From: an uncultured Actinomycetes bacterium
Lineage (GTDB): Bacteria; Actinomycetota; Thermoleophilia; UBA2241
Assembly (NCBI GenBank): GCA_963833555.1
Contig: CAWHYB010000004.1
Location: 131,844-195,843, forward strand
Direction of reading: 5' to 3'
Length of the DNA stretch: 64,000 nt
Below are positions 39,571-49,931 of this stretch, piece by piece. Position 1 is the stretch's first letter. Each line of letters begins with the position of its first letter. The translations under genes and the position numbers were made by a program. Under the pieces are notes generated by a model, which did not search any database, was not told the origin of the DNA, and was given only the letters and a program-made list of their open reading frames with translations.

Positions 39571-40431
39571 GTGCCCGCTCAAGCCGAGCAGACACAGACG
39601 GCCAGCAGTTTCACGACGGTCATCCAGCCCTCGAAGGGCTGGGTGAGGCTGGGACTCCGCGAGCTCTGGCAGTACCGCGAGCTGCTCTACTTCCTCACCT
39701 GGAGGAACATCCTCGTCCGCTACAAGCAGGCCGTGCTCGGCGTGCTGTGGGCCGTGCTGAACCCGGTCATCACGATGGTCGTCTTCACGGTCGTCTTCAA
39801 CAAGCTGCTCGGCGTCAGCAGCGGCTCGTACGGCGTGCCCTACGCCGTGTTCACCTTCACCGGCCTGCTGCCCTGGAACCTCTTCGCCGGGTCGCTCTCG
39901 AGCGCCGGCACGAGCCTGGTGGGCAACGCCAACCTCATCACCAAGGTCTACTTCCCGCGCCTCGTGATACCGTCGAGCGCGGTCCTGGGCACGCTGCCCG
40001 ACTTCCTCATCGGCTTCGTCGTGCTGGTCGTGCTCATGGCCGTCTACCAGGTGGCCCCCACCTGGAACGTGGTCTTCCTGCCGTTCTTCGTGCTCCTCGC
40101 GCTGGTCACGGCGCTGGGCGTCTCCCTGTGGCTGAGCGCCCTCTACGTGCTCTACCGCGACGTGCAGTACATCATCCCGTTCCTGGTGCAGCTGTGGTTC
40201 TTCCTCACGCCGGTCATCTACCCGACGAGCAAGATCCCGTCCGGCTGGCCGAGCGTGATCTACAACCTCAACCCCATGACCGGGGTCGTCGGCGGCTTCC
40301 GCTGGGCGCTCCTCGGCCAGCAGGCCCCGGGCACGATGTTCTGGCTCTCCGCCGCGATGACCCTGGTCGTCTTCGTCGGCGGCCTCTTCTACTTCAGGCG
40401 CATGGAACGCGTCTTCGCGGACGTCGTATGA
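39571..40431 (+). CDS. wzm: ABC-2-type polysaccharide export permease (Wzm/TagG/RfbA-like)
   Basis: I prefer GTG 39571 (after GAGAAGGGG) to the longer ORF-track start. WQYRELLYFLTWRNILVRYKQAVLGVLWAVLNPVITMVVFTVVF...NLITKVYFPRLVIP; 6 TM segments. Confidence 0.85.
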   Translation: MPAQAEQTQTASSFTTVIQPSKGWVRLGLRELWQYRELLYFLTWRNILVRYKQAVLGVLWAVLNPVITMVVFTVVFNKLLGVSSGSYGVPYAVFTFTGLLPWNLFAGSLSSAGTSLVGNANLITKVYFPRLVIPSSAVLGTLPDFLIGFVVLVVLMAVYQVAPTWNVVFLPFFVLLALVTALGVSLWLSALYVLYRDVQYIIPFLVQLWFFLTPVIYPTSKIPSGWPSVIYNLNPMTGVVGGFRWALLGQQAPGTMFWLSAAMTLVVFVGGLFYFRRMERVFADVV

Positions 40432-41756
40432 GCACCGCGATCAGCATCTCCGGGCTCGGCAAGCGGTACATGATCGGCGCCGCGCAGCAGCGCGCGGGGA
40501 CCCTGCGCGACGCGATCACGAACGCCGCCACCGCGCCCGTCCGCCGGCTGCGTCACGCCGGCTCGTCGACGGGCCATGTGAGCGAGCTCTGGGCTCTGCG
40601 GGACGTGAGCTTCGACGTCGACGCCGGTCAGGTGATCGGCGTCATCGGCCGCAACGGCGCCGGCAAGAGCACCCTGCTCAAGATCCTCTCGCGCATCACC
40701 GAGCCGACGACGGGGCGCATCGCGCTCCACGGCCGCGTCGGCAGCCTGCTCGAGGTGGGCACCGGGTTCCACCAGGAGCTGAGCGGCCGCGAGAACATCT
40801 ACCTCAACGGCGCCATCCTGGGCATGACGCGGGCGGAGATCGGGCGCAAGTTCGACGACATCGTCGAGTTCTCCGAGATCGCCGAGTTCCTCGACACCCC
40901 GGTCAAGCGCTACTCCACCGGCATGTACGTGCGCCTCGCCTTCGCCGTCGCCGCCCACCTCGAGCCCGAGATCCTGCTCGTCGACGAGGTGCTGTCGGTC
41001 GGCGACCTCGGCTTCCAGCGCAAGTGCCTCGGGCAGATGGAGCAGATCGCCGGCTCGGGACGCACCGTCGTCTTCGTGAGCCACAACATGGGCGCCGTGC
41101 GCAGCCTGTGCACGCGCGTCGTCGAGATCGAGGCAGGCCACCTGGTCGCCGACGGCCCGTCCGACGAGATCGTGAACGAGCTACATCGCCAAGCAGCTGG
41201 CGACGTCGGGGTCGGTGCTCCATCTGCCGCGACCGCTGGGCAAGCCCGATGAGCTGCTCATCACTGCCGTCCGCGTGCGTCGATGAAGACGGCAGGACCG
41301 AGGGGCCGTTCCACAGCAGCCAGCCCGTCGCCGTCGAGATCGACATCGAGGTCGCGCGCGCAGAACGCCGCCTACCAGGTCGGCTTCGACCTGCTGTCTG
41401 GCGACGGTCTCGTCCTGCGCAGTTGGCACACGGACGGGCCGCCCGACGACTGGCCGCCGCTCAGCGTGGGCCGCAGCACGCTGCGATGCGTGATTCCCGC
41501 CGGCATGCTCAACGAGGGGAGCTACGCCGTGGCACCGCGGGCCGATGTGTACCGGAGCCACTGGATCGTCAACGGCGACGAGGCTGTCTGGTTCGACGTC
41601 GTGAAGGACCACCTCGAGTCGCCGTTCTCCTGGGTCAGGCACCCTGGTCCGATTTCACCTCTGCTGGACTGGCGCATGAGTGACGGTGGCGAGGAGGTTG
41701 CCGAGCCCAGGGTTGCGACTGGCGAAGACGTGACACCATCAACTCCACCCGTCTAA
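40428..41756 (+). pseudogene. wzt: Polysaccharide ABC exporter ATP-binding protein with a C-terminal substrate-binding-type extension (Wzt/TagH-like); frameshifts near 41190 and 41340
   Basis: ATGA overlap with the permease. IGVIGRNGAGKSTLLKIL (Walker A), YSTGMYVRLAFAVA (signature), EILLVDEVLSVGD (Walker B). About 190 aa follow after the NBD (ORF 41283..41756). Confidence 0.85.
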
Positions 41757-41760
41757 GGCC

Positions 41761-43167
41761 ATGGGCCTTCTGCGCCTAGCCCTGCCGGCCGCGCTCGCCC
41801 TGTGGTTCATATGGAAGGCGAGGGGCAACCCTCTCTTCCTCCTCGGAATCCCAGTGCTCATGGTTATGCGAGGCTCGGTCTTCTTCCAGAACGTCAAGCC
41901 GTTTTGGATGCCGGGGCGATTCGCGCCCGTCGCCCTGCTCATGGGCTGGCTCGTGCTCGTGTGGCTGGTGACCATTGTGCGTCGATGGCAGTTCGCGGGC
42001 GATCCATCGCTAGGCGTGTTTGGTGCTAGATGCGTCCTTCCTGAAGAGCTGCCTCTGGCCGGCATAGCCCTTCTGATCATCGTCCACACACTGGCATCAT
42101 TCACGGCGAGCAGGGACCTCGTGGACGCATTCTCTCTCGCGGCCGCCACGTCCTACTTCGTCCTTGGCTACCTCCTGGTCAGGGGCATCGTGAGCCGCGC
42201 GAGTCGTGTCGAGACCCAGGAGTTTCTCGCCGCAGTGGTCGTTGTCAACACGCTGGCGTGTGCGCTGTTTGTGCTGCACCAGGGGCTACACCTGCCGATC
42301 TATCTAGGCGCGGTAAACGCAAACTACGTCTACGCCGGGCAGAACGTCGGCCGGGCCACGACGTACGCTCCTGTCTTCAACCTGCTTGCACTCGGCTTCG
42401 TTCTCGCGAAGCGGCGCTGGAGTCCTGCGTGGATCGTGGTGCTGGCGATAACCCTGGCGGCGATCATGGTTTCCCTGACCCGGACCATGTTCATTGCCGC
42501 GCTGGTCGGGCTCGTGATTGCCATTTTCGCGCGCGAGCTGGCACGCCCCGATTTCGGACGAATGGCGCGCCGAACAGGGGCCACTATCCTGGCCTTCGCC
42601 GCGGTGGTCGTTGCGTTCAGTCGTGTCGCGCCCGTCTACTGGGCATTTCTGCTGAAGCGGCTCAGCGAGTTCACTGCCGGCGGCGGCGAAGTCCAGAACT
42701 GGCGTGTGCGAATGATCCACTGGGATGCGGTACAGCGCGTGGTGGCCCATACCGACCTGACTTTCGGCCTCGGCTTTCCACACCCGGCGTCCAACGCCGT
42801 CGATGCTCACGTTTGGCTGTGGTCCTCGGACATGGCTTGGCTGCCCATAATGTATCGGTTCGGCTACGTGGGCCTGGTGCTCTTCGCGCTGTTGATCGCG
42901 GGGTTCATGGTACGTGCCCTGTCGCTCTCCCGCAGACCGCCGGAGCTGCGACGCGAGCTCGCGCTCGCCTACTTCATCGTCCTCGCGCTAACCGTCATCA
43001 TGGGCTTCCAGACCTGGGTCTTCATGGACCCGGACGTCGCCCCGATGGGGTTCTGGATCTTCGCGTTGATTGCCGCTGAGGCTCTGCGGCCTTCTGAGGA
43101 ACTCGAGCCCGCTGTCGCTCCGGGGCGAGCGCTCGACGCCGTGGGTCGTCAACCTCGCTTGTCGTGA
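41761..43167 (+). CDS. O-antigen ligase/polymerase-family membrane protein (Wzy_C/WaaL-like)
   Basis: Intact, polytopic 468 aa (at least 10 TM). MVSLTRTMFIAALVGLVIAIFARE...RMIHWDAVQRVVAHTDLTFGLGFPHPAS is the typical periplasmic loop with H/R residues. Local GC is lower (about 60% on a 60-nt spot count). Confidence 0.65.
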   Translation: MGLLRLALPAALALWFIWKARGNPLFLLGIPVLMVMRGSVFFQNVKPFWMPGRFAPVALLMGWLVLVWLVTIVRRWQFAGDPSLGVFGARCVLPEELPLAGIALLIIVHTLASFTASRDLVDAFSLAAATSYFVLGYLLVRGIVSRASRVETQEFLAAVVVVNTLACALFVLHQGLHLPIYLGAVNANYVYAGQNVGRATTYAPVFNLLALGFVLAKRRWSPAWIVVLAITLAAIMVSLTRTMFIAALVGLVIAIFARELARPDFGRMARRTGATILAFAAVVVAFSRVAPVYWAFLLKRLSEFTAGGGEVQNWRVRMIHWDAVQRVVAHTDLTFGLGFPHPASNAVDAHVWLWSSDMAWLPIMYRFGYVGLVLFALLIAGFMVRALSLSRRPPELRRELALAYFIVLALTVIMGFQTWVFMDPDVAPMGFWIFALIAAEALRPSEELEPAVAPGRALDAVGRQPRLS

Positions 43168-44378
43168 CTGGCCACGCGGGCCCGCTACACGCGTCATCGT
43201 CGCCCTCCGGCGGCCGGCGGCCTGCTGTCCGTGGCGACCTGCCCGAAGCGGGAAGCTTCCGCATCGCGGGCCTCGAACCGCCTCGGGTCACGTTCGGCAT
43301 CATCGTCCTAAACGGCGAACCGTTCACTCGATACTGCCTCCGCTCTTTGTATCCGTACGCGCATCAGATCATCGTAGTCGAGGGGGGTCACGAGGACGCT
43401 CGGGCGGTGACCACGCCCGACGGCCACTCGACCGACGGCACTCTTGAGGCGTTGGAGCGGTTCAAGGCGGAGGAGGATCCTCTCGGCAAGGTGGAGATCG
43501 TCACGCGCGAAGGCTTCTGGCCGAAGACGGATGAAGCGGGGCGTCACAGGACGCATCAGTCGCGCGCGTACGCGGAACGGGCAACGGGCGACTACCTGTG
43601 GCAAGTGGACATAGACGAGTTCTACCTGCCGGCACAGATGGCGTCGGTCCTCGGCATGATCACCCACGATCCGACCATCTCGGCGGCGTCCTTCAACCTC
43701 CTGGCCTTCTGGGGCGGCCTCGACTACGTGCATGACGGCTGGTATTGGAAGCGCGGCGGCATCCAGTGTCACCGCCTGTTCAAGTGGGGCACGGGCTATC
43801 GCTACGTCACCCACGAACCTCCAATCGTTCATGACGATCGAGGGAGGGATCTCCGCACGCTGCACTGGGTCAGTGGCGCCCAGATGCAGGAGCGTGGCGT
43901 ACGCATGTACCACTACGACCACCTCTTCCCTCACCAGGTCAGGCAGAAGGCGGCGATCTACCGCTACGAGAAGCCCATAGCCTGCGCGGAGATCGAGAGG
44001 TGGGCCGAGCGAAACTACTTCAGGCTCGGCCATCCATTCCACGTGGAGCGCCACTATTGGCTGCCGAGCTGGATCGAGCGCTACCAGGGAGACCACCCAC
44101 CCGAGGTACTGCACATGATGGCCGACATTGAGGCCGGCAACCTGGCGGTCGAGCGACGTCGCATCGACGATATCGAGCGATTGCTGAGCTCGCCGGCCTA
44201 CAGACTCGGTCGCCGTGTCGTGAAGGCGGCAGACCGCCCCAACAGGGCGTGGCGATGGTCCAAGCTGCAGGCCGTTCGGGCCTCGCACGTCCCCCGCAAG
44301 TTGAGGGCTTGCGTGAGGTCAACCCTCCGGCGGCGGAGCGGGTCCGACGGCGAGACATCGAAGGAAGGCCGGACGTGA
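43164..44378 (+). CDS. GT2-like glycosyltransferase (start uncertain)
   Basis: 404-aa ORF. FGIIVLNGEPFTRYCLRSLYPYAHQIIVVEGG...STDGTLEAL...GDYLWQVDIDEFY carries a DxD-type motif. Confidence 0.6.
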   Translation: MTGHAGPLHASSSPSGGRRPAVRGDLPEAGSFRIAGLEPPRVTFGIIVLNGEPFTRYCLRSLYPYAHQIIVVEGGHEDARAVTTPDGHSTDGTLEALERFKAEEDPLGKVEIVTREGFWPKTDEAGRHRTHQSRAYAERATGDYLWQVDIDEFYLPAQMASVLGMITHDPTISAASFNLLAFWGGLDYVHDGWYWKRGGIQCHRLFKWGTGYRYVTHEPPIVHDDRGRDLRTLHWVSGAQMQERGVRMYHYDHLFPHQVRQKAAIYRYEKPIACAEIERWAERNYFRLGHPFHVERHYWLPSWIERYQGDHPPEVLHMMADIEAGNLAVERRRIDDIERLLSSPAYRLGRRVVKAADRPNRAWRWSKLQAVRASHVPRKLRACVRSTLRRRSGSDGETSKEGRT

Positions 44379-44388
44379 GGACGCGGCG

Positions 44389-45525
44389 ATGAGGGTCCTC
44401 ACAGTGCTGGGCACGCGACCCGAGGTGGTCCGCCTCAGCCGTGTCATCGCGAAGCTCGACGAGTCCTGCGACCACGTTCTCGTACACACCGGGCAGAACT
44501 ACGACAGCAGTCTGAAGGACGTCTTCTTCGAGGAGCTCGGTATGCGTGCGCCCGACCGGGAGCTCGGCATCAGGGGCGACAGCTTCGGTGAGCAGGTCGG
44601 CCGCCTGTTCGCCGCGATAGACGACGTTCTGCGCGATGAGCGCCCCGATGGGCTGCTCGTGCTCGGCGACACCAACAGCGGCCTGTGCGCCATCGTTGCT
44701 GCGCGCCTTGGCATCCCCGTCTTCCACATGGAGGCTGGCAATCGGTGCTACGACGATCGGGTGCCCGAGGAAGTCAATCGTCGCGTCATCGACCACTCCA
44801 GCACCGTGCTGATGCCGTACACGCACGCGCAGCAAGGAGAACCTGCTGCGCGAGGGCGTCGCCCGGCGAACGCATCTACGTGACCGGCAACCCCATCAAC
44901 GAGGTCCTCGAACACTACGCGCCAGCAGATCGACGCCGCGCCCGTCTTCGAGCGGCTCGGCGTCGAGCCGCAGCGCTACTTCCTGGTCACCATGCACCGC
45001 GCCGAGAACGTCGACGTCGACGAGCGCCTGCGGTCGCTGACGGTCGCGCTCGAGCGGGTGAGCCGCGAGTACGACCTGCCGGTGATCTGCAGCCTGCACC
45101 CGCGCACGCAGCAGAAGATGCGACAGTTCGGGGTCGAGGCGAGCGACGAGCGCGTCCGTTTCCTCGAGCCGCTCGGCCTGTTCGACTTCGTCGCCCTGGA
45201 GCGCGCAGCGTTCTGCGTGCTCTCCGACAGCGGGACGGTGCAGGAGGAGTGCTGCCTGTTCCGCGTGCCCACGGTGACGATGCGCGACGTGACCGAGCGA
45301 CCGGAGACGGTCGAGTGCGGCAGCAACATGCTGGCCGGCGTCGACCCCGAGACGGTGCTGCGCTGCGTGCGCGCCGTCACCGCCCTGCCGCAGGCCTGGT
45401 CGCCGCCGCCCGAGTACCTTGCCCACGACGTGTCGAGCACGGTGGTCAAGATCGTGCTCGGCTATCTCTGGGACGGGAGTCGACAGTTGGCACGCCACCG
45501 GTCCCAACGTCGTCATCGCGGGTGA
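44389..45525 (+). pseudogene. wecB: UDP-N-acetylglucosamine 2-epimerase (second WecB-type copy), three +1 frameshifts at 44830-44960
   Basis: MRVLTVLGTRPEVVRLSRVIAKL..VHTGQNYD..FHMEAGNRCYDDRVPEEVNRRVIDH; SKENLLREGV; ERIYVTGNPINEVL; FLVTMHRAENVD...SDSGTVQEECCLFRVPTVTMRDVTERPE. Confidence 0.88.
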
Positions 45526-46747
45526 CAGATTCGGCTTTCCGTACGGCTCGGGGGCGAGCTCACGCGTCCACGCCTATGCCAAGGGGCTGCTGGCCAACGG
45601 CGCGCGCGTCACGGTGTTGTGCGTCGAACCGAGCGAGTCGCGCTGGGAGCCGCTGAACACCGCGGCGCGCGGCACGTACGACGGCGTCCCGTTTGCATAC
45701 ACCTACGGCCGCACGACGAGACCGCCCGACCGCCGCCAGCGCCTCTGGCTCAAAGCGACGAAATGGGCTCGGTTCTGGTGGGCCGTCGAGACGAGCGCCG
45801 CACGCGGCGGCGGGCTCGACGCGATCATCGTCTACTCGCGCTCGCTAGCGTGGATGGCGATCTCGTGGCTGGCTTGCCACCGGCACGGCGCGCTGTTCAT
45901 CCACGAGGACTGCGAGCTGCCGTTCCCCTCCGGGTCCAGCGATGCGCGGACCCGGGTCCGCCGCTGGCTCTACGAGCGGGTCGCCTTCCGCTGGTTCGAC
46001 GGCTGTCTCGCGATCTCCGCGTTCCTCGAAGACTACTGCCGCTCGCACCTGCGGCCGACCGGCGGCGTGCTGACGGTCCCGATCCTGATCGACGTCCCGG
46101 CGTTCCAGCGGGCCGCCGGTACGCCTCCTGTGGGCGACGCGATCGTCTACTGTGGCTACTCCACGCATCGCGACGTGTTCGCTCTTGTCGATGCCTTCGC
46201 CGTCATCGCCGACGCGACGCCAGAGCTTCGCCTCAGGGTGATCGGGGGGACGCTCAAGCCCGAGTTGCTGCCCGACCTGCACGAACACGCCAGGCGTCTC
46301 GCGGTGGACGATCGACTGGAGCTGTTGGGCAAGGTCAAGCGCGACGAGTTGCCGCCCCTGCTCGCGGCGGCCCGCATCCTCGCCATGCCGCGGCCCGACG
46401 CGCCGTTCTCGCGCGCCGGCCTGCCGACGAAGCTGGGCGAGTACCTGGCCACCGGCCGTCCGGTCGTGGTCAGCGCGGTCGGCGACATCCCGCGCTACCT
46501 GAGCGACGGCGTCGATGCCTACCTCGTGCCACCCGACGACGCGCGGGCGTTCGCGGAGCGGCTGCGGCACGTGATCGGTCACGAAGACGAGGCGCGGCGG
46601 GTCGCAAGCGCAGGCCGCGAGACCGCCAGAGCCCGGTTCGATCCGGCCGTGCATGGCACGCGCATGATCGGGTTCATCGCCGACCTGCGGCGGGCACGGA
46701 GCCGGCCGGCCGGTCGCCCGGACGGCGACGGGGCCGGCCCGTCGTGA
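45419..46747 (+). CDS. GT4-family glycosyltransferase (start codon uncertain)
   Basis: NVVIAGDRFGFPYGSGASSRVHAYAKGLLANGARVTVL...FSRAGLPTKLGEYLATGRPVVVSAVGDIPRYLSDGVDAYLV. Confidence 0.75.
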   Translation: MPTTCRARWSRSCSAISGTGVDSWHATGPNVVIAGDRFGFPYGSGASSRVHAYAKGLLANGARVTVLCVEPSESRWEPLNTAARGTYDGVPFAYTYGRTTRPPDRRQRLWLKATKWARFWWAVETSAARGGGLDAIIVYSRSLAWMAISWLACHRHGALFIHEDCELPFPSGSSDARTRVRRWLYERVAFRWFDGCLAISAFLEDYCRSHLRPTGGVLTVPILIDVPAFQRAAGTPPVGDAIVYCGYSTHRDVFALVDAFAVIADATPELRLRVIGGTLKPELLPDLHEHARRLAVDDRLELLGKVKRDELPPLLAAARILAMPRPDAPFSRAGLPTKLGEYLATGRPVVVSAVGDIPRYLSDGVDAYLVPPDDARAFAERLRHVIGHEDEARRVASAGRETARARFDPAVHGTRMIGFIADLRRARSRPAGRPDGDGAGPS

Positions 46748-47893
46748 GGATCTGCTGCGTCGGGCACTCGGCCGCCGGTCTCACGTCGTCGTCTGCCGGC
46801 GGCTCAGAGCGCCAGTCGGCCCTGCTGGCCATGACACTGGCCGGGCGCGGGCACGACGTGACCTATGTGGTCACCGGACTCGCCGGCGTGCCGCGAACCG
46901 TGTCGGGTGTCGACCTTCGCTCGGGCTGGGACCCTCACCGTGGCCTGCGCTTCGTGCGCGCCTTCACCTATCGCTATCCCAACCTGTACAAGGTGCTTCG
47001 CGACCTCCGCGCGGACGTCTACTACGCCCGCGGCGCCGGCTTCTACACTCCCTTCGTGGTCAGGGCGGCGCGCGACGTCAAAGCGGTGAGCATCCTGGCC
47101 CTGGCGAGCGACCGCGACCTCTACCCCGACGCGCGCGCCGTCCTCTTCAGCCTCAAGGACTCGCCGCTCTCGCCGCCGGTGGCACGTCTCGCCCACAAGG
47201 TGTACAGGGACTGGGCGCTGCCGTCGGCGACCTGGGTGACGGTGCAGAACCGGGAGCAGGCCGAGGCCTGCTCCCGGTTCTGCCTGCCACCACGCCCTGC
47301 TGCCCAACATCGTCCTCGATCCGCCGGAGGCACTGGACCGGATCGAGCCCACGCGTGACGTGGTCTGGGCCGGCAACGTGTTCGAGGGCCGGCGGTCCAA
47401 GGGTCTCGAGGAGCTCGCGGCCCTTGCGGCCGCCCTGCCGGGCGTGACTTTCACCGTCGTGGGAGCGCTCGAGGGCGCCGATCACGCCGAGGCCATCGAC
47501 CACCTCAGGCGTCTGGCCAACGTCGACCTGCGCGGTCCGCTGTCGCACGACGAGACGCGGGCGGCCATCGTCTCGCACCGTCTCGTGCTGAACACGTCAC
47601 CGTCCGAGGGCTTCTCCAACGTGATGCTCGAGGGGTGGGCGTCGGGCAGGCCGTGCGTGACGTTCGCGGTGAATCCAAGCGGACTGCTGACGAACGACAG
47701 GCTCGGCATCTGCGCCGGGGGCGATCTGCAGACCCTGGCCGCGGCCGTGGTCGCCCTGCTCGAAGAAGACGAGGTCCGCCGCATCATCGGCGACCGTGGT
47801 CGCAGCTACGTCGCCGGGACCCATGCCGCGGCGACGGTCGGCGCGGCGTTCGAGCGCCTGGCCGCCGCCGCGCGGCCGTCGTTGTCCGTCTGA
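46744..47893 (+). pseudogene. GT4-family glycosyltransferase, frameshift near 47300
   Basis: GTGA overlap. VRICCVGHSAAG...ERQSALLAMTLAGRGHDVTYV, then VVWAGNVFEGRRSKGLEEL...SPSEGFSNVMLEGWASGRPCVTF. Confidence 0.78.
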
Positions 47894-48070
47894 ACAACGC
47901 GTGCCGGAGGCGTCCAACGCCGGCGGCGACCCTTGTCTGCTACCATTGCGTCAGCGCGGGCGGTCCAACAGCAGATCGTCGGCTCCCGCGCCGAGTGTGC
48001 AAGTCCGACATCGGCCGGCCCAGGCGGGCGGCGGGCACGCGGGCGGACGTCTCAGGCGGAGGAGGGTCCA

Positions 48071-48802
48071 ATGGAATCTTCGACAACCGTCCCCAACCGG
48101 CCGCAGTCGTCGGAGATCAACCCCGGCCCGGGATTCCGCATCAAGACGACCTTCGAGCGGCCGGCGGTCGAGCTCATGCACAAGCTCGGCGAGTTCCCGT
48201 CGCCCGAGATCTCGGACCAGCTCAACCGGTTATACGCCGTGACGCCGGACATCCGGTGCCTCACGGGGCCGGGTCACCGGCTGGTCGGACCGGCCTGTAC
48301 CGTGAAGGTGTATCCGGGCGACAACCTGATGGTCCACAAGTCGCTCGACATCGCCCAGCCGGGCGACGTGGTGGTCGTCGACGCCGGAGCATCGCGCATG
48401 AACGCGGCCCTCGGCGACCTGATCTCGACCAAAGCCAGGCACCGCCAGATCGCCGGTTTCGTCGTCGACGGGTACGTGCGCGACCTTCCCGACATCCTGG
48501 AGCTCGACTTCCCGGTCTTCGCCCGCGGCACCACCTCGATCGGTCCCCTGCACCGGGGCCCGGGCGAGATCAACTACCCCATCTGCTGCGGCGGGGTCGT
48601 GGTGAACCCCGGCGACGTGGTCGTCGCCGACGCCTTCGGGGTCGTCATGGTCCCGCGCGACAACGCCGAGGACGTCCTCGAGCGCCTCGTCGCCACCAAG
48701 GCCAGGCTCGCCGACTATCTCGCGGGCGTGAAGAAGGGCGTGTTCTCGAACAAGTGGGTCGACGACCTGCTGGCCGCCGGCGACTGCCCCATCGAAGACT
48801 AG
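48071..48802 (+). CDS. RraA-family protein (4-hydroxy-4-methyl-2-oxoglutarate aldolase / oxaloacetate decarboxylase-like)
   Basis: I chose ATG 48071 (after GGAGGAGGG). GPACTVKVYPGDNLMVHKSLDIAQPGDVVVVDAGASRMNAALGDLISTKARHRQIAGFVVDGYVRD...PVFARGTTSIGP. Confidence 0.8.
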   Translation: MESSTTVPNRPQSSEINPGPGFRIKTTFERPAVELMHKLGEFPSPEISDQLNRLYAVTPDIRCLTGPGHRLVGPACTVKVYPGDNLMVHKSLDIAQPGDVVVVDAGASRMNAALGDLISTKARHRQIAGFVVDGYVRDLPDILELDFPVFARGTTSIGPLHRGPGEINYPICCGGVVVNPGDVVVADAFGVVMVPRDNAEDVLERLVATKARLADYLAGVKKGVFSNKWVDDLLAAGDCPIED

Positions 48803-48820
48803 GTCGCGGCCATTTCCCCG

Positions 48821-49930
48821 TTGGACACGCTGCTCGATCGGACGGTTCGCTCGCGCGCGCTCTGGCACAAGCTGGAGAAGCACCTGCCGAAGCGCACCCG
48901 CGCCCGCGGCGACGGGCGGCGGGAACCGGACTTCCACAGGACGGCCTGGGGAGATGCCGCCGCTGCCGAGGGCGTGGCGGTGACCGACATCGGAGGAGGG
49001 TTCTTCGAGATCCAGTGTCCGACGTCGGTCCTGCGTGTGTACAGGAACATCACCTCTCTCGACGACGCCGTCACGGCCGCCATCGCCGCCGACAAGCCGC
49101 TCGTCCACGAGCTGCTCGCCCGGCACGGCTTGCCAGTCCCGTCACATTGCGTGTGCGGCTACCGGGAGGTAGCGACCGCCTGGGCCTTCGTCGGCCGGCG
49201 GGACCGGCCGTGCGTCGTGAAGCCCGCCCACGGCACGGGCGGGGGCACCGGCATCACCATGGACGTCTCGACCAGGAAGCGGCTTGTGGCCGCGATGGGA
49301 CGCGCCGGCAGTTACTGCGAGAAGCTCGTCATCGAGGACCAGCTCGCCGGCGACAACTACCGTCTGCTCTACCTCGACGGCAGGCTGATCGACGCTCTGC
49401 TCAGGCGCCCGCCGCAGATCATCGGCGACGGGGTCTCCACGGTCAGGGAGCTGGTCGAGGCGCGGGAGCCCGGGGCCTCGGCGCCACGCCCGGGGCCCTG
49501 GGTGGCACGCGGCGCCGCATGGCGGTTCGGAGGCCTGCTGAGGGAGACCGGCCGCGGGCCGGACGACGTCCCCGCGGCCGGCGAGTCCGTCCGGCTGCGG
49601 CGGGTCGTCAACATGCACGACCGCCAGGACAACGAGTCGGTCACCGGCACCATCTCCGCCGCGGTGGTCGAAGCGGGCGCCCAGGCCGCCGCGGCCGTCG
49701 GCGTCCGTCTGGCGGGGGTCGACATCATCACGCCCGACCGCTCTGTCCCGCTCGCCGAGGCCGGGGGCGCGATCATCGAGGTCAACACCGGGCCGGGGTT
49801 GCACTACCACTACATGACGTCCGGCGAGCCCACCCCGGTCGCGTCGCTCATCCTGCGGCAGCTGTGTGAGACGGACGTCCGTCAGGGCCGGCCGACGAAG
49901 GCCCGGAGTGGGCGTGGACCGACCACCTGA
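48821..49930 (+). CDS. ATP-grasp ligase resembling the N-terminal ATP-grasp module of cyanophycin synthetase / RimK
   Basis: DKPLVHELLARHGLPVP...RPCVVKPAHGTGGGTGIT...VIEDQLAGDNYRLLYLDGRLIDALLRRPPQIIGDGVSTVRELVEA...VGVRLAGVDIITPD...AIIEVNTGPGLHYH. Confidence 0.7.
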   Translation: MDTLLDRTVRSRALWHKLEKHLPKRTRARGDGRREPDFHRTAWGDAAAAEGVAVTDIGGGFFEIQCPTSVLRVYRNITSLDDAVTAAIAADKPLVHELLARHGLPVPSHCVCGYREVATAWAFVGRRDRPCVVKPAHGTGGGTGITMDVSTRKRLVAAMGRAGSYCEKLVIEDQLAGDNYRLLYLDGRLIDALLRRPPQIIGDGVSTVRELVEAREPGASAPRPGPWVARGAAWRFGGLLRETGRGPDDVPAAGESVRLRRVVNMHDRQDNESVTGTISAAVVEAGAQAAAAVGVRLAGVDIITPDRSVPLAEAGGAIIEVNTGPGLHYHYMTSGEPTPVASLILRQLCETDVRQGRPTKARSGRGPTT

Positions 49931-49931
49931 C